Shown piece by piece: positions 49,376 to 60,434 of a DNA stretch of 64,000 bases. Position 1 is the stretch's first letter, and every line of letters starts with the position of its first letter. This DNA comes from Alistipes sp. (GTDB lineage Bacteria > Bacteroidota > Bacteroidia > Bacteroidales > Rikenellaceae), in the NCBI RefSeq assembly GCF_022782405.1, contig NZ_JALFNK010000011.1. The stretch is one strand, 5' to 3'. The position numbers were made by a program, and so were the translations under genes. A model generated the notes under the pieces. The model saw only the letters and a program-made list of their open reading frames with translations, made no database searches and was not told where the DNA came from.

Positions 49376-52294
49376 TCAGAAAAGATTTAGCTGTTCAGGG
49401 TCAATCAGCTCATCCGCATCACCTTTCGCTCGCTCTATCTCGAATTCGATTCCTCCGGCGACCGTCCCGGTCTGCGGCAATCCATAAGTCTCCGGCTCCG
49501 CTTTGGACGGCTGCTCCGATGCGGCACGGGATCTCTTCGGCGTTTCGGCATCCGAGGGCTGTTTCTCCTCGGCTACTGCTCCATCCCGGGCGCCGGCCGA
49601 CAGGTCCTCCGACTCTGCCCCTTCCGGCATATCGGCCTCCAGGATATCGTCGGGAAGAGCCTCCTCGGAATCCTCCTCCGCGGATTCGGGCGGAAGTTCA
49701 GGCTCGATAAAACGCAATGCCGCCACCTCATAGGTCGTCAGACGTTTGCCCTTGGCACGATGGCTCTTCACCCCGACAAAGCTGTCCACATCCAGCAAAT
49801 CGGCCGGACGCGAAGCATGCGCCCCCTTGTAGGTGATCTCGAGCTGCGAACCGGGACATCCCGTAACGCAGACGAAATCGGCATCCTCATCGAGGAAAGC
49901 CTGCAGGCGGTCGCTCATCTCGGCCGTAAAGCGCTTCATGTAATAGTACTTCTGACTGCGGTCGTAATAGCAGAGATTGTAGATCCGATCGGAATCGTAA
50001 CGCTCCACAAGCACCGTATCGTCGGGGAAATGCTGACCGAGGTCATAGCCGGTGATATAGTATTGATTTTTAGAGGTCCATACGATCAACTTGTCATCAC
50101 CCTTGAACTCGCCGAGATACTTGCCGCGGCCATCCGAATTCAAACGGCGCACATCCTCGTCGAACCAGACGTTCAGGCCGCCGAGCGTCGATGCGCCCCG
50201 CTCCTTGAGTACGATCTTGCTGATGCCGTACCGCGAGAAGAGGTTGCCCTGGCTCTGGCGTCCCTTGATGGCCAGCGTCGAAAAATCGAGATCGACAATG
50301 AGCTTCTTCAGCCGCGGACGAGGCTTGAAGTAAACCTTCAATACCTCCGCCTCACCATTCGGATTCACAGACATATATATGATCTCACTGCGCGGCGTTC
50401 CCTTCGTTATGTCATACTCCTTGTCGCGCGTGATGCCCTTGATGGCGCATCGCTTCATCATCAGGGGACCGTTCTTGCCGTCGCGGTAGAGCACATTGTA
50501 GATCGTACGTTCGTCGTTGCGTTTGAATACCCCGATATAATAGATTCCCTTCTGAAAAAAGGCCTTGTCCGATACTTTCGTGATGACATAACGCCCCTCT
50601 TTCGTAAAGACAATCACATCGTCGATATCCGAGCAGTCGCAGACGAACTCGGCGTCCTTCATCGACTTGCCGATGCCGAAGAAGCCCTCGGCTCGGTCCA
50701 CATAGAGCTTGGCATTCGTAACGGCCACCTTCGTCGCCTCGATCGAGTCGAACTCGCGGAGTTCCGTGCGGCGTTCGCGGCCCTTGCCGTACTTGTCGCG
50801 GATGCGCTCATAATAGGCCACCGTATAGTCGGTCAGATGGGCCAGGTTGTACTGTGTCGTGCGGATATCCTCCTCGATCTGGCGGATCTCGTTGTCGGCC
50901 TTCTCGGTATCGTAGCGCGAAATGCGGATGAACTTCAGTTCGGTAAGCTTCTGCACATCCTCAAGCGTTACTTCACGCCGCAGCTGTTTCTTGAAGGGTT
51001 CCAACCCTTTATCTACGGCCGCATAAGCCTCCTCGCGAGTCTTGCAGCCCTCGATAAGCTGGTAGAGCTTGTTCTCGATGAAGATGCGCTCGAGCGAGGC
51101 GGCATGCCACGCCTCCTGCAACTCCCCGAGACGGATCTCCAGTTCGCGGCCCAGCAGGTATTTCGTATGCTCGGCCGAGCGGCGGAGAATCTCCTTCACG
51201 CCGAGGAAGTGCGGCTTGTCCTCCCAGATGACGCAGGCATTCGGGGAGATCGACACCTCACAGTCCGTAAAGGCATAGAGAGCGTCGATGGTCTTGTCCG
51301 ACGACTCGTCCGGGGCAACCTGGATCACGATCTCGACCTTGTCGGCCGTATTGTCGTCCACCTTGCGGATCTTGATCTTTCCCTTATCGTTGGCCTTGAT
51401 GATCGACTCCTTGATCGACTCGGTAGTCGTCGTATAGGGAATCTCCGTGATGGCAAGGGTCCGCTTGTCGATCTTCGAGATCTTCGCACGCACCTTGACC
51501 GTACCGCCCCTCAAGCCGTCGTTATAACGACTCACGTCGGCCATTCCTCCCGTCGGGAAATCAGGATAGAGTTCGAAATCACGGCCCTGGAGGTGTGCGA
51601 TGGCCGCATTGATCAACTCGATGAAGTTGTGCGGCAGAATCTTCGAAGCAAGGCCTACGGCGATACCGTCCGAGCCCTGCGCCAGCAGCAGCGGGAACTT
51701 GATCGGCAGTGTAACGGGTTCATCGTTGCGGCCGTCGTAGGAGCGCATCCACTCGGTGGTCTTGCGGTTGAAGACCACCTCGAGGGCGAATTTCGAAAGA
51801 CGCGCCTCGATATATCGGCCCGCGGCAGCATCGTCGCCCGTGAGGATATTGCCCCAGTTGCCCTGACAATCGATCAGCAGGTCTTTCTGGCCCAACTGCA
51901 CGAGGGCATCCTTGATCGATGCATCTCCGTGCGGATGATACTTCATCGTCTCGCCGACGATACCTGCGACCTTGTTGTAACGGCCGTCGTCCACACTCTT
52001 CATGGCGTGCAGAATACGCCGCTGCACGGGTTTCAGACCGTCCTCGACATGCGGAACGGCACGCTCCAGGATGACGTACGAGGCGTAATCCAGAAACCAG
52101 TTGCGGTACATGCCCGACAGTTTGCGGACCCCTTCGTCCTGCGTGATGCGGTCGTATTTGCCCGGCTTGGCCGCAGGTACCGCAGCGGTGTCGCCCTCGG
52201 CATTCCCGGAATCGGGACTCCCGGCGGCGGCCTCCGGCATACCCGCGGAGTCTCCGGGGATCAGGTCTTGCGTATCTTTATCCTTGTCTGTCAT
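49376..52294 (-). CDS. parC: DNA topoisomerase IV subunit A
   Basis: DGLKPVQRRIL, YHPHGDAS, AAGRYIEAR; no GyrA-box; follows the parE-like gene. Confidence 0.9.
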   Translation of the reverse strand: MTDKDKDTQDLIPGDSAGMPEAAAGSPDSGNAEGDTAAVPAAKPGKYDRITQDEGVRKLSGMYRNWFLDYASYVILERAVPHVEDGLKPVQRRILHAMKSVDDGRYNKVAGIVGETMKYHPHGDASIKDALVQLGQKDLLIDCQGNWGNILTGDDAAAGRYIEARLSKFALEVVFNRKTTEWMRSYDGRNDEPVTLPIKFPLLLAQGSDGIAVGLASKILPHNFIELINAAIAHLQGRDFELYPDFPTGGMADVSRYNDGLRGGTVKVRAKISKIDKRTLAITEIPYTTTTESIKESIIKANDKGKIKIRKVDDNTADKVEIVIQVAPDESSDKTIDALYAFTDCEVSISPNACVIWEDKPHFLGVKEILRRSAEHTKYLLGRELEIRLGELQEAWHAASLERIFIENKLYQLIEGCKTREEAYAAVDKGLEPFKKQLRREVTLEDVQKLTELKFIRISRYDTEKADNEIRQIEEDIRTTQYNLAHLTDYTVAYYERIRDKYGKGRERRTELREFDSIEATKVAVTNAKLYVDRAEGFFGIGKSMKDAEFVCDCSDIDDVIVFTKEGRYVITKVSDKAFFQKGIYYIGVFKRNDERTIYNVLYRDGKNGPLMMKRCAIKGITRDKEYDITKGTPRSEIIYMSVNPNGEAEVLKVYFKPRPRLKKLIVDLDFSTLAIKGRQSQGNLFSRYGISKIVLKERGASTLGGLNVWFDEDVRRLNSDGRGKYLGEFKGDDKLIVWTSKNQYYITGYDLGQHFPDDTVLVERYDSDRIYNLCYYDRSQKYYYMKRFTAEMSDRLQAFLDEDADFVCVTGCPGSQLEITYKGAHASRPADLLDVDSFVGVKSHRAKGKRLTTYEVAALRFIEPELPPESAEEDSEEALPDDILEADMPEGAESEDLSAGARDGAVAEEKQPSDAETPKRSRAASEQPSKAEPETYGLPQTGTVAGGIEFEIERAKGDADELIDPEQLNLF

Positions 52295-52296
52295 AG

Positions 52297-54168
52297 TCAG
52301 CTGATTTTCAGATCCTGCTCGACGAGGTCCTCCTCAATGCGCAGGTTGTCAATAATGAATCCCTGGCGTTCGAAGGTGTTTTTGCCCATGTAGAACTCCA
52401 GCAGGTCGTGGATCGGATCATCCTTCGTAAGGCGCACACGGTCGAGCCGCATGTTTTCGCCGATGAACTCCTTGAACTCCGTGGAGGAGATCTCGCCCAA
52501 ACCTTTGAAACGCGTGATCTCCGCTCCGGTTCCGCACCGCTCGATGGCCTTCAGACGCTCCTCCTCCGAATAGCAGTAGAAGGTTACCTTCTTGTTGCGG
52601 ACACGGAAAAGCGGCGTCTGCAGAATGTAAAGGTGTCCCGAACGGATCACGTCGGGGAAGAACTGCAGAAAGAACGATGTGAGCAGCAGGCGGATGTGCA
52701 TGCCATCGACATCGGCATCGGTGGCGATGATGACCTTGTTGTAGCGCAGGTTCTCCATATCCTCCTCGATATTGAGCGCGGCCTGCAGAAGGTTGAACTC
52801 CTCGTTCTCGTAGACCACCTTCTTGGTCAGCCCGTAGCAGTTGAGCGGCTTGCCCCGCAACGAAAACACCGCCTGTGTGCGGACATCGCGCGACGCGGTG
52901 ATCGATCCCGAAGCCGAATCGCCCTCCGTGATGAAGATCATCGACTGCTCGGCCAGATCATTCTTGTCCGTGAAGTGGATCTTGCAGTCGCGCAGCTTGC
53001 GGTTGTTGAGCGAAACCTTCTTGGCCGTCTCGCGCGCCTTCTTCTGGATACCCGAAATGGCCTTGCGCTCCTTCTCGTTCTCGACGATCTTCTTCTGCAG
53101 CGTCTGCGCCGTCTCGGGATGCTTGTGCAGGTAGTCGTCGAGCTGCTTGCCCAGGAAATCCATGACGAAGTTGCGCATCGAAACACCCGGCTCGATCTCC
53201 TTCGAGCCGAGCTTGATCTTCGTCTGCGACTCGAACACCGGATCGGTTACCTTGACCGAGATGGCCGCGATGATCGATGTGCGGATGTCCGAAGGATCGT
53301 AGTCCTTATGATAAAACTCCTTGATGGTCTTCGCAATGGCCTCCCGGAAAGCTGCCTGGTGCGTACCGCCCTGCGAGGTGTACTGGCCATTGACGAACGA
53401 ATAGTAGCTCTCGCCGTAACCCGAACCGTGGGTGATGGCCACCTCGATGTCCTCACCCGAAAGGTGGATCGGTGCGTAGAGCGGATCTTCGGTCATATTC
53501 TCATTGAGCAGGTCCAGAAGGCCGTTTTTCGATACGTAGCTCCGGCCGTTGAGCGTGAACGTAAGGCCCAGATTCAGATAGGTATAGTTCTTGACCATCT
53601 GCTCGACATACTCCATGTTGTAGGAGTAGGAGCCGAAAATCTCCTCATCAACCCGGAAGGAGATGAACGTACCGTTCTTCTCCCCGACTCCGCTCTCCCA
53701 CCGGTCGCTCTGCTCGAGGCCCTGCGAGAAGGTTACCGTTCGCGCCTCGCCGTCGCGGACCGAACGCGCCGTGAAGGCACTCGAAAGCATGTTCACGGCT
53801 TTCACGCCCACGCCGTTCAGACCCACGGTCTTCTTGAAGGCCGTGCCGCCGTACTTGCCGCCCGTGTTCATCTCCGAAACGGCTGCCGCGAGCGACTTGA
53901 GCGGGATGCCGCGGCCATAGTCGCGGACCGTAACGACATTGTCCTCGACGGTGATGTCGATGCGGTGCCCGGCACCCATGATGAACTCGTCCACCGAATT
54001 ATCGACGACCTCCTTGATCAAGACGTAGATGCCGTCGTCGGCCTGCGAGCCGTCGCCCAGTTTGCCGATATACATACCCGGTCGCAGTCGGATATGCTCC
54101 CGGGGCGAAAGGGTTACGATGGCATCGTCGCCGTAGCTGTTCGCATTCGTATTGAGTAAGTCTGCCAT
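52297..54168 (-). CDS. parE: DNA topoisomerase IV subunit B
   Basis: [48 protein letters not shown]. Confidence 0.92.
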   Translation of the reverse strand: MADLLNTNANSYGDDAIVTLSPREHIRLRPGMYIGKLGDGSQADDGIYVLIKEVVDNSVDEFIMGAGHRIDITVEDNVVTVRDYGRGIPLKSLAAAVSEMNTGGKYGGTAFKKTVGLNGVGVKAVNMLSSAFTARSVRDGEARTVTFSQGLEQSDRWESGVGEKNGTFISFRVDEEIFGSYSYNMEYVEQMVKNYTYLNLGLTFTLNGRSYVSKNGLLDLLNENMTEDPLYAPIHLSGEDIEVAITHGSGYGESYYSFVNGQYTSQGGTHQAAFREAIAKTIKEFYHKDYDPSDIRTSIIAAISVKVTDPVFESQTKIKLGSKEIEPGVSMRNFVMDFLGKQLDDYLHKHPETAQTLQKKIVENEKERKAISGIQKKARETAKKVSLNNRKLRDCKIHFTDKNDLAEQSMIFITEGDSASGSITASRDVRTQAVFSLRGKPLNCYGLTKKVVYENEEFNLLQAALNIEEDMENLRYNKVIIATDADVDGMHIRLLLTSFFLQFFPDVIRSGHLYILQTPLFRVRNKKVTFYCYSEEERLKAIERCGTGAEITRFKGLGEISSTEFKEFIGENMRLDRVRLTKDDPIHDLLEFYMGKNTFERQGFIIDNLRIEEDLVEQDLKIS

Positions 54169-54171
54169 AGT

Positions 54172-54900
54172 CTATCGTTTGTCGCGGATTTCGGTAAGCG
54201 CCGTGCTCATCGCATCGTGCACACGTTCCATAAGAAGATGCGGATCCGTTTCGGCAACCTCTGCAGCCGGGACCGGAGGCAGCACGCGGATCGTAATCCG
54301 GTTGCGCCAGTTGAACAGAAGATTTTTACCGATAAGCCTATTCGTACCGTCGAGTACTACGGGAAGGATATCTACCCCCGCCTCGCGTGCCAGCGTGAAT
54401 GCACCCGCCTTGAAGCGGTGAATCTCGCCGTCCTTCGAGCGCGTACCCTCGGGGAAGATCGCCACGGAGGCACCCCGGGCAATCCACATGCGGCCTTCTC
54501 GCAGAATCTGCTCCATGGCGGCCGTAGCACGGCCCCGGTTGATGCAGATATCGCCGTGCAGGAAGAGGAACTGTCCGAAGAAGGGCACCTTATAAACCTC
54601 GCGCTTCGAAACCCAACGGAAATTGAGCGGCAGGTAATAGAGCGTCGGGATGTCGATCACCGTATTATGGTTCAGCACGATGACATAGCTCTTGCGTCGA
54701 TCGACATGCTCCAGGCCGATGACCCGCTGCCGCCAGAAGGGAGGAATGGCGAAAAAAATCCGCACCAGAATGCGCGAAAGGCCGTGCACCACACGACGCG
54801 AAGGGTCGAACGGAGCGCAGAGCACCAGCGCCACGGCCGACAGAATCATGAAAAAGGTGCACAGCAGCACCAGAAACAGGTAGTAAAGCGCGCTTATCAT
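54172..54900 (-). CDS. plsC: Lysophospholipid acyltransferase
   Basis: NHNTVID (HX4D), FPEGTRS, LPVV; promoter TATCTTTG at 54992-54985. Confidence 0.88.
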   Translation of the reverse strand: MISALYYLFLVLLCTFFMILSAVALVLCAPFDPSRRVVHGLSRILVRIFFAIPPFWRQRVIGLEHVDRRKSYVIVLNHNTVIDIPTLYYLPLNFRWVSKREVYKVPFFGQFLFLHGDICINRGRATAAMEQILREGRMWIARGASVAIFPEGTRSKDGEIHRFKAGAFTLAREAGVDILPVVLDGTNRLIGKNLLFNWRNRITIRVLPPVPAAEVAETDPHLLMERVHDAMSTALTEIRDKR

Positions 54901-55371
54901 AATCGTCCGATATGGGGTATACCACATTTCCGCATGCGGCCCGAAGCCGCAGCGGAACCGGATATTCCCGAAAAAATCTTCTTGCAAAGATAGCAATTAT
55001 TTCCGGGGATTCCTATCCGGCCGCAAGGCCTTTTTTCAACAAAATTTTTACGAAAGAATGAGGCCCGCTACGGTTCGTTTCCAAACAGGCACACCGCGAT
55101 ACGACCGGAAAACCACCGAGATACCCCGATTCGGGCAACAGACGGAAGCGGGATCTCACGCCGAAAACCGCATCGGGAAACACCCGGGATAAACAGAAGA
55201 AGCGAGAGCCCGATCACGCCCCGTTGAAGTCCGGGACATAACGACGCACCCCGTCCTGTCCGTCCCCTGCCGACCGGTCGGATTCCGGGCGTTCGCCGGA
55301 TAAACTCCACAAACCGGAACGTTCGATGCACGACAATATATATAAGTATCAAAATAATTCCGAAAAAACAA

Positions 55372-55413
55372 GTACTATGCGTTACATAGTACAAATATTT
55401 TTATATATCTTTG
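55372..55413 (+). promoter_or_regulatory. Promoter (TATCTTTG 55406-55413) with inverted repeat GTACTATG-N5-CATAGTAC (55372-55392)
   Basis: Perfect 8-bp inverted repeat over the expected -33 position. Confidence 0.6.
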
Positions 55414-55461
55414 CACTGTCAGATAACAAACAGGACAAACTACAAATAAAAAAAGAATAGC

Positions 55462-57831
55462 ATGAAAACTTGGACGATTTTCCTCGTAGCCGTAGCCTTC
55501 GGGCTCCAGAGCGCATTTGCGGCCCGTCTTTACCCGTCGAAGGGCCGTGTCGTAAATGAACAGGGACAGGCGATCGAGTATGCCACGGTCGTGCTGCTCG
55601 ACGAAGGTGAGCAGGTGGCCGGAATGGCGACCGATCCCGAAGGGCGTTTCTCGCTGAAGGTTCCCTCGGGCGACTACACGCTGCAGATCCAGTATCTGGG
55701 TTACGAGCCACTGACACGATCCGTACGGGTCGAAGCCGACAACGACCTGGGCGACTTTACGCTGCATGCGGCGACCACGCAGATCGAAGGGGTCGTAGTG
55801 AAGGCGCAGCTCATACGCCGCGAAGCGGACCGTTTCGTCATGGATGTGGCCAACGCTCCGGCGGCCATCGGAAAGGATGGCGTCGAGCTGCTCGAAAGGG
55901 CTCCTGGTGTCTGGATGGACAACGAGCGGATCTCGATCAACGGCAAGAGCGGCACGAAGGTCTTCGTGAACGACCGCGAACTGCGGCTCGAACCCGAGCA
56001 GCTGACGACCTACCTGCGTTCGCTGCGCGCCGAGGAGATTCAGAAGATCGAGGTCATCCCCACGACCGGTGCCGACCACGACGCCGATGCCACGGGCGGC
56101 ATCATCCGCATCACGCTCCGCAAGCAGCGCGAAAACGGCATGCAGGGTTCTCTCTCGATGCGTACCACGCAGGGCTGCCGGCAACACGCGTATTACCCCG
56201 GCGGCAACATCTCCCTGCACAGCGGCAAGTGGGACCTCAACGCCTCGGCATGGGGCAATCTGGGCAGTTCGGTTTCTCTGACAGAGGAAAATACCGTCTA
56301 CACCACGCAGCAGAAGGAGCTCCGGGCCCATTCCCGGCTCGAAGATACGGACCGCAACGGCGGCGCAACCGTCGGAGCATTCTACGAGATCAACGACCGG
56401 CACAGCCTCGGCGCCGAATTCTCCTATCTGCACCTCGGCTCCGAAGGCGGGACCGGAACGACGACCGACCTGATGACCCGGAGCGACACGAACACCGCAA
56501 GCCATTATGCGAACAACAACATCATCGACGGATACGAAGGGACGTTCAACTACATCTGGAAGATCGACACGCTGGGTTCAACACTCAAGGTGCTGGGAGA
56601 CTACGCCCACCGCAATACGGATGCCGCGAATGACAACCGAAGCCGCATAACGGGAACCGAACTGCCGGAAACCCCCGATTCGCTTTACCGCGACCGCACG
56701 CGGAGCAGCTACGACGTGGCGGCACTGACGATCGCCCTCGAAAAGAAGTTCTCACCCCGCTGGAGCCTCAAGGCCGGTGCCAAATACACGCGCAACGAGA
56801 TGCGCAACAACGCCCTGTACGAATACCTGCACGGGGAGTCGTGGACGCGCAACGAGGCGCAGAGCTTCGAGATCAACTATACGGAGCACATTGCGGCCGC
56901 CTACGGCGTCGTATCGGCCGATCTGGGACGCTGGAGCCTCGTGGCCGGGTTGCGCGGAGAGTACACCCACACCTACGGACGCAACGGTACGGTCGCACAG
57001 GATTACTTCTCGCTCTTCCCGAACGCCAACCTCTCCTTCAAACTGACGGAAAACGGTGCCTGGTCGCTGGTCGCCCAGTATGCCCGGACCATCGAACGTC
57101 CCCGATTCTGGTGTCTGACGCCCCAGCGATCGCAGATCTCGGACTACACCTACCAGATCGGAAACCCGCTGCTCAATCCCGCCTACGAACAGGATATCAG
57201 CCTTACGCTCGTCATGGCCCACAAATACACCCTCACGGCCGGCGTTCAGCTCGACAGGGACGAGATCAACCAGACGATGCGCACCGATGCGGACAATCCC
57301 GACATGCTCGGCATATTGTGGGTCAATTTCGACCGGACGAAGTGCTGGTATCTGGCGGCCAACCTCCCCTTCCAGCCTGCGAAATGGATGCAGCTCAACC
57401 TCGGCACCAACTTCATGCGGCGCGGGCAGCGGCTCGACCAGCATGCCCCGGAGACGTTCCGGAACATCGTCTTCCTGAATGCCTCGACCACCTTCTCACT
57501 GCCGGGAAAATGGTATATAGACCTCTCCTATCGCTATCAGGGTCGCCTGGAGATCGGAAGCATTCTGCTCGAACCGATGCAGTTTCTCAATGCAGGCGTG
57601 AAGAAGCGTTTCGGCGAACGGTTCACCCTCTCCGTAACGGGTTATGCCCTGCTTAACGAAGTACAGCGGTTCGCGACGACCGACAAATCCTTCGTCCGTG
57701 AGGTCCGGACCCGTCAGCCGTGGAACAGTCCTTCGGTACAAGTGGGATTCACCTACAATTTCAAGGCGGGAAAGGCCTTCCGCAAGAAGGCCGTGGAGGC
57801 GGCGGCTTCTGAAGAGAAGGGGCGCATGTAG
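55462..57831 (+). CDS. TonB-dependent-receptor-like outer-membrane beta-barrel protein
   Basis: Signal peptide, carboxypeptidase-regulatory-like N-domain, plug (KIEVIPT...GGIIRITL), barrel ending GFTYNF. Confidence 0.85.
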   Translation: MKTWTIFLVAVAFGLQSAFAARLYPSKGRVVNEQGQAIEYATVVLLDEGEQVAGMATDPEGRFSLKVPSGDYTLQIQYLGYEPLTRSVRVEADNDLGDFTLHAATTQIEGVVVKAQLIRREADRFVMDVANAPAAIGKDGVELLERAPGVWMDNERISINGKSGTKVFVNDRELRLEPEQLTTYLRSLRAEEIQKIEVIPTTGADHDADATGGIIRITLRKQRENGMQGSLSMRTTQGCRQHAYYPGGNISLHSGKWDLNASAWGNLGSSVSLTEENTVYTTQQKELRAHSRLEDTDRNGGATVGAFYEINDRHSLGAEFSYLHLGSEGGTGTTTDLMTRSDTNTASHYANNNIIDGYEGTFNYIWKIDTLGSTLKVLGDYAHRNTDAANDNRSRITGTELPETPDSLYRDRTRSSYDVAALTIALEKKFSPRWSLKAGAKYTRNEMRNNALYEYLHGESWTRNEAQSFEINYTEHIAAAYGVVSADLGRWSLVAGLRGEYTHTYGRNGTVAQDYFSLFPNANLSFKLTENGAWSLVAQYARTIERPRFWCLTPQRSQISDYTYQIGNPLLNPAYEQDISLTLVMAHKYTLTAGVQLDRDEINQTMRTDADNPDMLGILWVNFDRTKCWYLAANLPFQPAKWMQLNLGTNFMRRGQRLDQHAPETFRNIVFLNASTTFSLPGKWYIDLSYRYQGRLEIGSILLEPMQFLNAGVKKRFGERFTLSVTGYALLNEVQRFATTDKSFVREVRTRQPWNSPSVQVGFTYNFKAGKAFRKKAVEAAASEEKGRM

Positions 57832-57834
57832 CCC

Positions 57835-58824
57835 CTATCTCCGATGCCGCAGCCGCGGCACGGGAAGACGCCGCAGCCAGGCAAGAGTCCAGTGCGGAAG
57901 ATGCGGGTGCGACAGCCGGTAGGCAAGGTGCGACACCGAGGTCGGGACATGAAGGGATTTTCCGGCGATGATGAGCGTTACGGCCACGAGGATCAGCACG
58001 ACTCCCGTCAGGATGCGCAGCGTAAGCTGCTCGTGGAAGACCAGCACCCCGAAAAAAAGCGCCGTAACGGGTTCCAGAGCCCCGAGGATCGCCGTGGGCG
58101 TGGAGCCGATGCGGCGGATGGCTCCGGCCATCGTAACAAGGGAGATGATTGTGGGAAAAAGAGCCAGCGAAACGGCATTGATCCAAAGCAGGGGCGAAGG
58201 TATCATCTTCAGATCGGCAACTCCCCGCAGGCGGACCAGATAGATGCTCAAACCGAAAAGCAACGCATAGAAGGTCAGCTTCTCGGTCGAGAGTTCACGC
58301 AGCGAGGAGCGATTGACCCCGACGATATAGATCGCATAACACAGCGACGAGAGAAAGACCAGCCCCACGCCGACCAGACTCAAGGTCGCACCGTCGCCTC
58401 CCTTGTAAAGCAAAGCTATTCCCGTAAGGGCCAGCAGGATCGAAAGGACCGTAACCGCCGTGATCCGCTCGCGGAAACAGACCGCCATGATAACGGCGAC
58501 CATGACCGGATAGAGAAAGAGAATCGTCGAGGCAATGCCGGCATCCATGTAGTTGTAGCTGGCAAAAAGCGTCAGCGACGAAAAGGAGAACAGAAGTCCC
58601 ATAACCACCAGCGGCAGCAGGTCCCGCCGCGACAGGGCGAAGGACTGCCGACGGACGGCCATCAGTGTTCCCAGCATGACGACAGCCAGCAGATAACGGT
58701 AAAAGAGGACCGAATCCGGATCGAGCCCCGCCTCATAAAGCGGCAGCGTAAAGAGCGGATTGAGTCCGTAGCTGGCGGCGGCTACCGCTCCCAGCACATA
58801 GCCGCGGGTCTTTTCGGCAAGCAT
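57835..58824 (-). CDS. EamA/DMT family transporter
   Basis: Two EamA repeats, SYGLNP, LGALEPV; starts 1 nt after the lemA stop. Confidence 0.88.
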   Translation of the reverse strand: MLAEKTRGYVLGAVAAASYGLNPLFTLPLYEAGLDPDSVLFYRYLLAVVMLGTLMAVRRQSFALSRRDLLPLVVMGLLFSFSSLTLFASYNYMDAGIASTILFLYPVMVAVIMAVCFRERITAVTVLSILLALTGIALLYKGGDGATLSLVGVGLVFLSSLCYAIYIVGVNRSSLRELSTEKLTFYALLFGLSIYLVRLRGVADLKMIPSPLLWINAVSLALFPTIISLVTMAGAIRRIGSTPTAILGALEPVTALFFGVLVFHEQLTLRILTGVVLILVAVTLIIAGKSLHVPTSVSHLAYRLSHPHLPHWTLAWLRRLPVPRLRHRR

Positions 58825-58825
58825 C

Positions 58826-59401
58826 TCAGAACTGCACCTCGGGAGCCTTGTCGGCACCCTCCGAAGCATCGAAATAGGGTTTCTTCTCGAATCCGAAAAG
58901 GCCGGCTACCAGATTCGACGGGAAACTGCGCACGGCAACGTTATAGCGCTGCGCGGCCGCATTGAAATCCTTGCGGGCTACGGCGATACGGTTTTCCGTG
59001 CCCTCGAGCTGTGCCTGAAGTTCCAGGAAGTTCTGGTTGGCCTTCAGATCGGGATAGTTCTCCGCCACGGCAATCAGGCGCCCCAGGGCCGAACGCACAT
59101 CGGCCTGTGCCTGCTGGAAGTCCGCAAGTTTCTCGGGCGTAAGTTCCGATGCCGAAAGGTTGATCGAGGTAGCCTTCGCACGCGCCTCGGTAACTGCACC
59201 GAGCGTCTCGGACTCATGGACGGCATAGCCCTTGACCGTATTGACCAGATTGGGGATGAGGTCCGCGCGACGCTGGTACTGCGTCTCGACATTCGACCAG
59301 GCGCTGCTGAGGGTCTCTTCCTTCGTAACAAGTCCGTTGTAGGTGAAGTAAAAGAAGATCGCAACAAGGGCGACCACACCGATCCAGATCCACTTTTTCA
59401 T
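58826..59401 (-). CDS. lemA: LemA family protein
   Basis: YQRRADLIPNLV, ENYPDLKANQNFLELQ, ENRIAVAR, FPSNLVA. Confidence 0.95.
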   Translation of the reverse strand: MKKWIWIGVVALVAIFFYFTYNGLVTKEETLSSAWSNVETQYQRRADLIPNLVNTVKGYAVHESETLGAVTEARAKATSINLSASELTPEKLADFQQAQADVRSALGRLIAVAENYPDLKANQNFLELQAQLEGTENRIAVARKDFNAAAQRYNVAVRSFPSNLVAGLFGFEKKPYFDASEGADKAPEVQF

Positions 59402-59433
59402 AGTTGCTGTTTTTTATATCATTTTTCTGTTAT

Positions 59434-60327
59434 TTACCATTTCGAGCCGGCGCCGCCGCCTCCGAAGCTGCCGCCTCCGAAGCCACCGCCGATCGAGCCG
59501 CCGCCGAAACCTCCTCCGAAGCCACCGCCGCCGATAATCATGCCGCCGCCCGAACCGCCGCCGAAGCCGTTGCCGCGCGACTGGCGCGAACGACGCCGGA
59601 CAACCTCGCCGCAATGCCGGCAGACATAGGTGTACTCCACCTCGCGGAAAGTGAGCGTCGTATGCACGACCTGCCGGGCATCGAGCTGGAGACTGCAGCG
59701 ATGGCATCGCGGACAGCGGCGCGAAGCATAATGACGCCACAGTCCCACGGCAAGCGGCAGGAGAATAAAGGCGCAGACGAAAATCCAGCCAAGGTTCTCT
59801 CCTTCCCCGGCGTCGAGATCGGGCTCTCCGCCTTCAAGCAGCTGCGCCGCAGCCTCAACACCCGCCAGCATCCCCGCATCGTAGTCCCCGTTGCGGAAGG
59901 CCGGAAGCATATACTGCATCTGAATGCGCTTGCAGAGGGCATCGGGCAGCACGCCTTCGACACCGCCGCCCGTAACGAAGCGGATTTCACGAAGGTCCCG
60001 CACCAGCAGGATGCCCAGTCCGTTGTTGCTCTTCTTTCCGCCTACGCCCCAGCTGTCGAAAAGATCGACGGCAAAGGTGAAGGTGTCGCCGCCCTCGATA
60101 TCGTCCACGGCGACGACGGCGACCTGCGCCAGCCCCCGTTCGCGCAGCGAAGCACAGAGAGCATCGAGGCGCGCGACGGTTGTCTCGGAGAGGATACCGT
60201 CGGGATTCGAGACATAGCGGCGCGAATCCATACGTTGCACGTTGGGGACATCCTCCACGCGGTAGGTTGCAGCTCCGGCCGAAAGGGCGAAGAGCAGAAG
60301 CAGGCAGAAAAGCAGCGTCTTTTTCAT
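59434..60327 (-). CDS. TPM-domain protein with Zn-ribbon and Gly-rich tail
   Basis: YVSNPDGIL, WGVGG...NNGLGILL, GGGVEGVLPD; CPRC/CRHC; GGGGAGSKW; TATCTTTG at 60343-60336. Confidence 0.88.
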   Translation of the reverse strand: MKKTLLFCLLLLFALSAGAATYRVEDVPNVQRMDSRRYVSNPDGILSETTVARLDALCASLRERGLAQVAVVAVDDIEGGDTFTFAVDLFDSWGVGGKKSNNGLGILLVRDLREIRFVTGGGVEGVLPDALCKRIQMQYMLPAFRNGDYDAGMLAGVEAAAQLLEGGEPDLDAGEGENLGWIFVCAFILLPLAVGLWRHYASRRCPRCHRCSLQLDARQVVHTTLTFREVEYTYVCRHCGEVVRRRSRQSRGNGFGGGSGGGMIIGGGGFGGGFGGGSIGGGFGGGSFGGGGAGSKW

Positions 60328-60434
60328 CACGGGGGCAAAGATACGAATTTTTCGTTCCGCAGACCGCATGTGGCAAAAAAAGCGGTGTCGGGTCCTGAAA
60401 GGCCCGGCACCGCGGATTATCGGGTTCGCGCACG

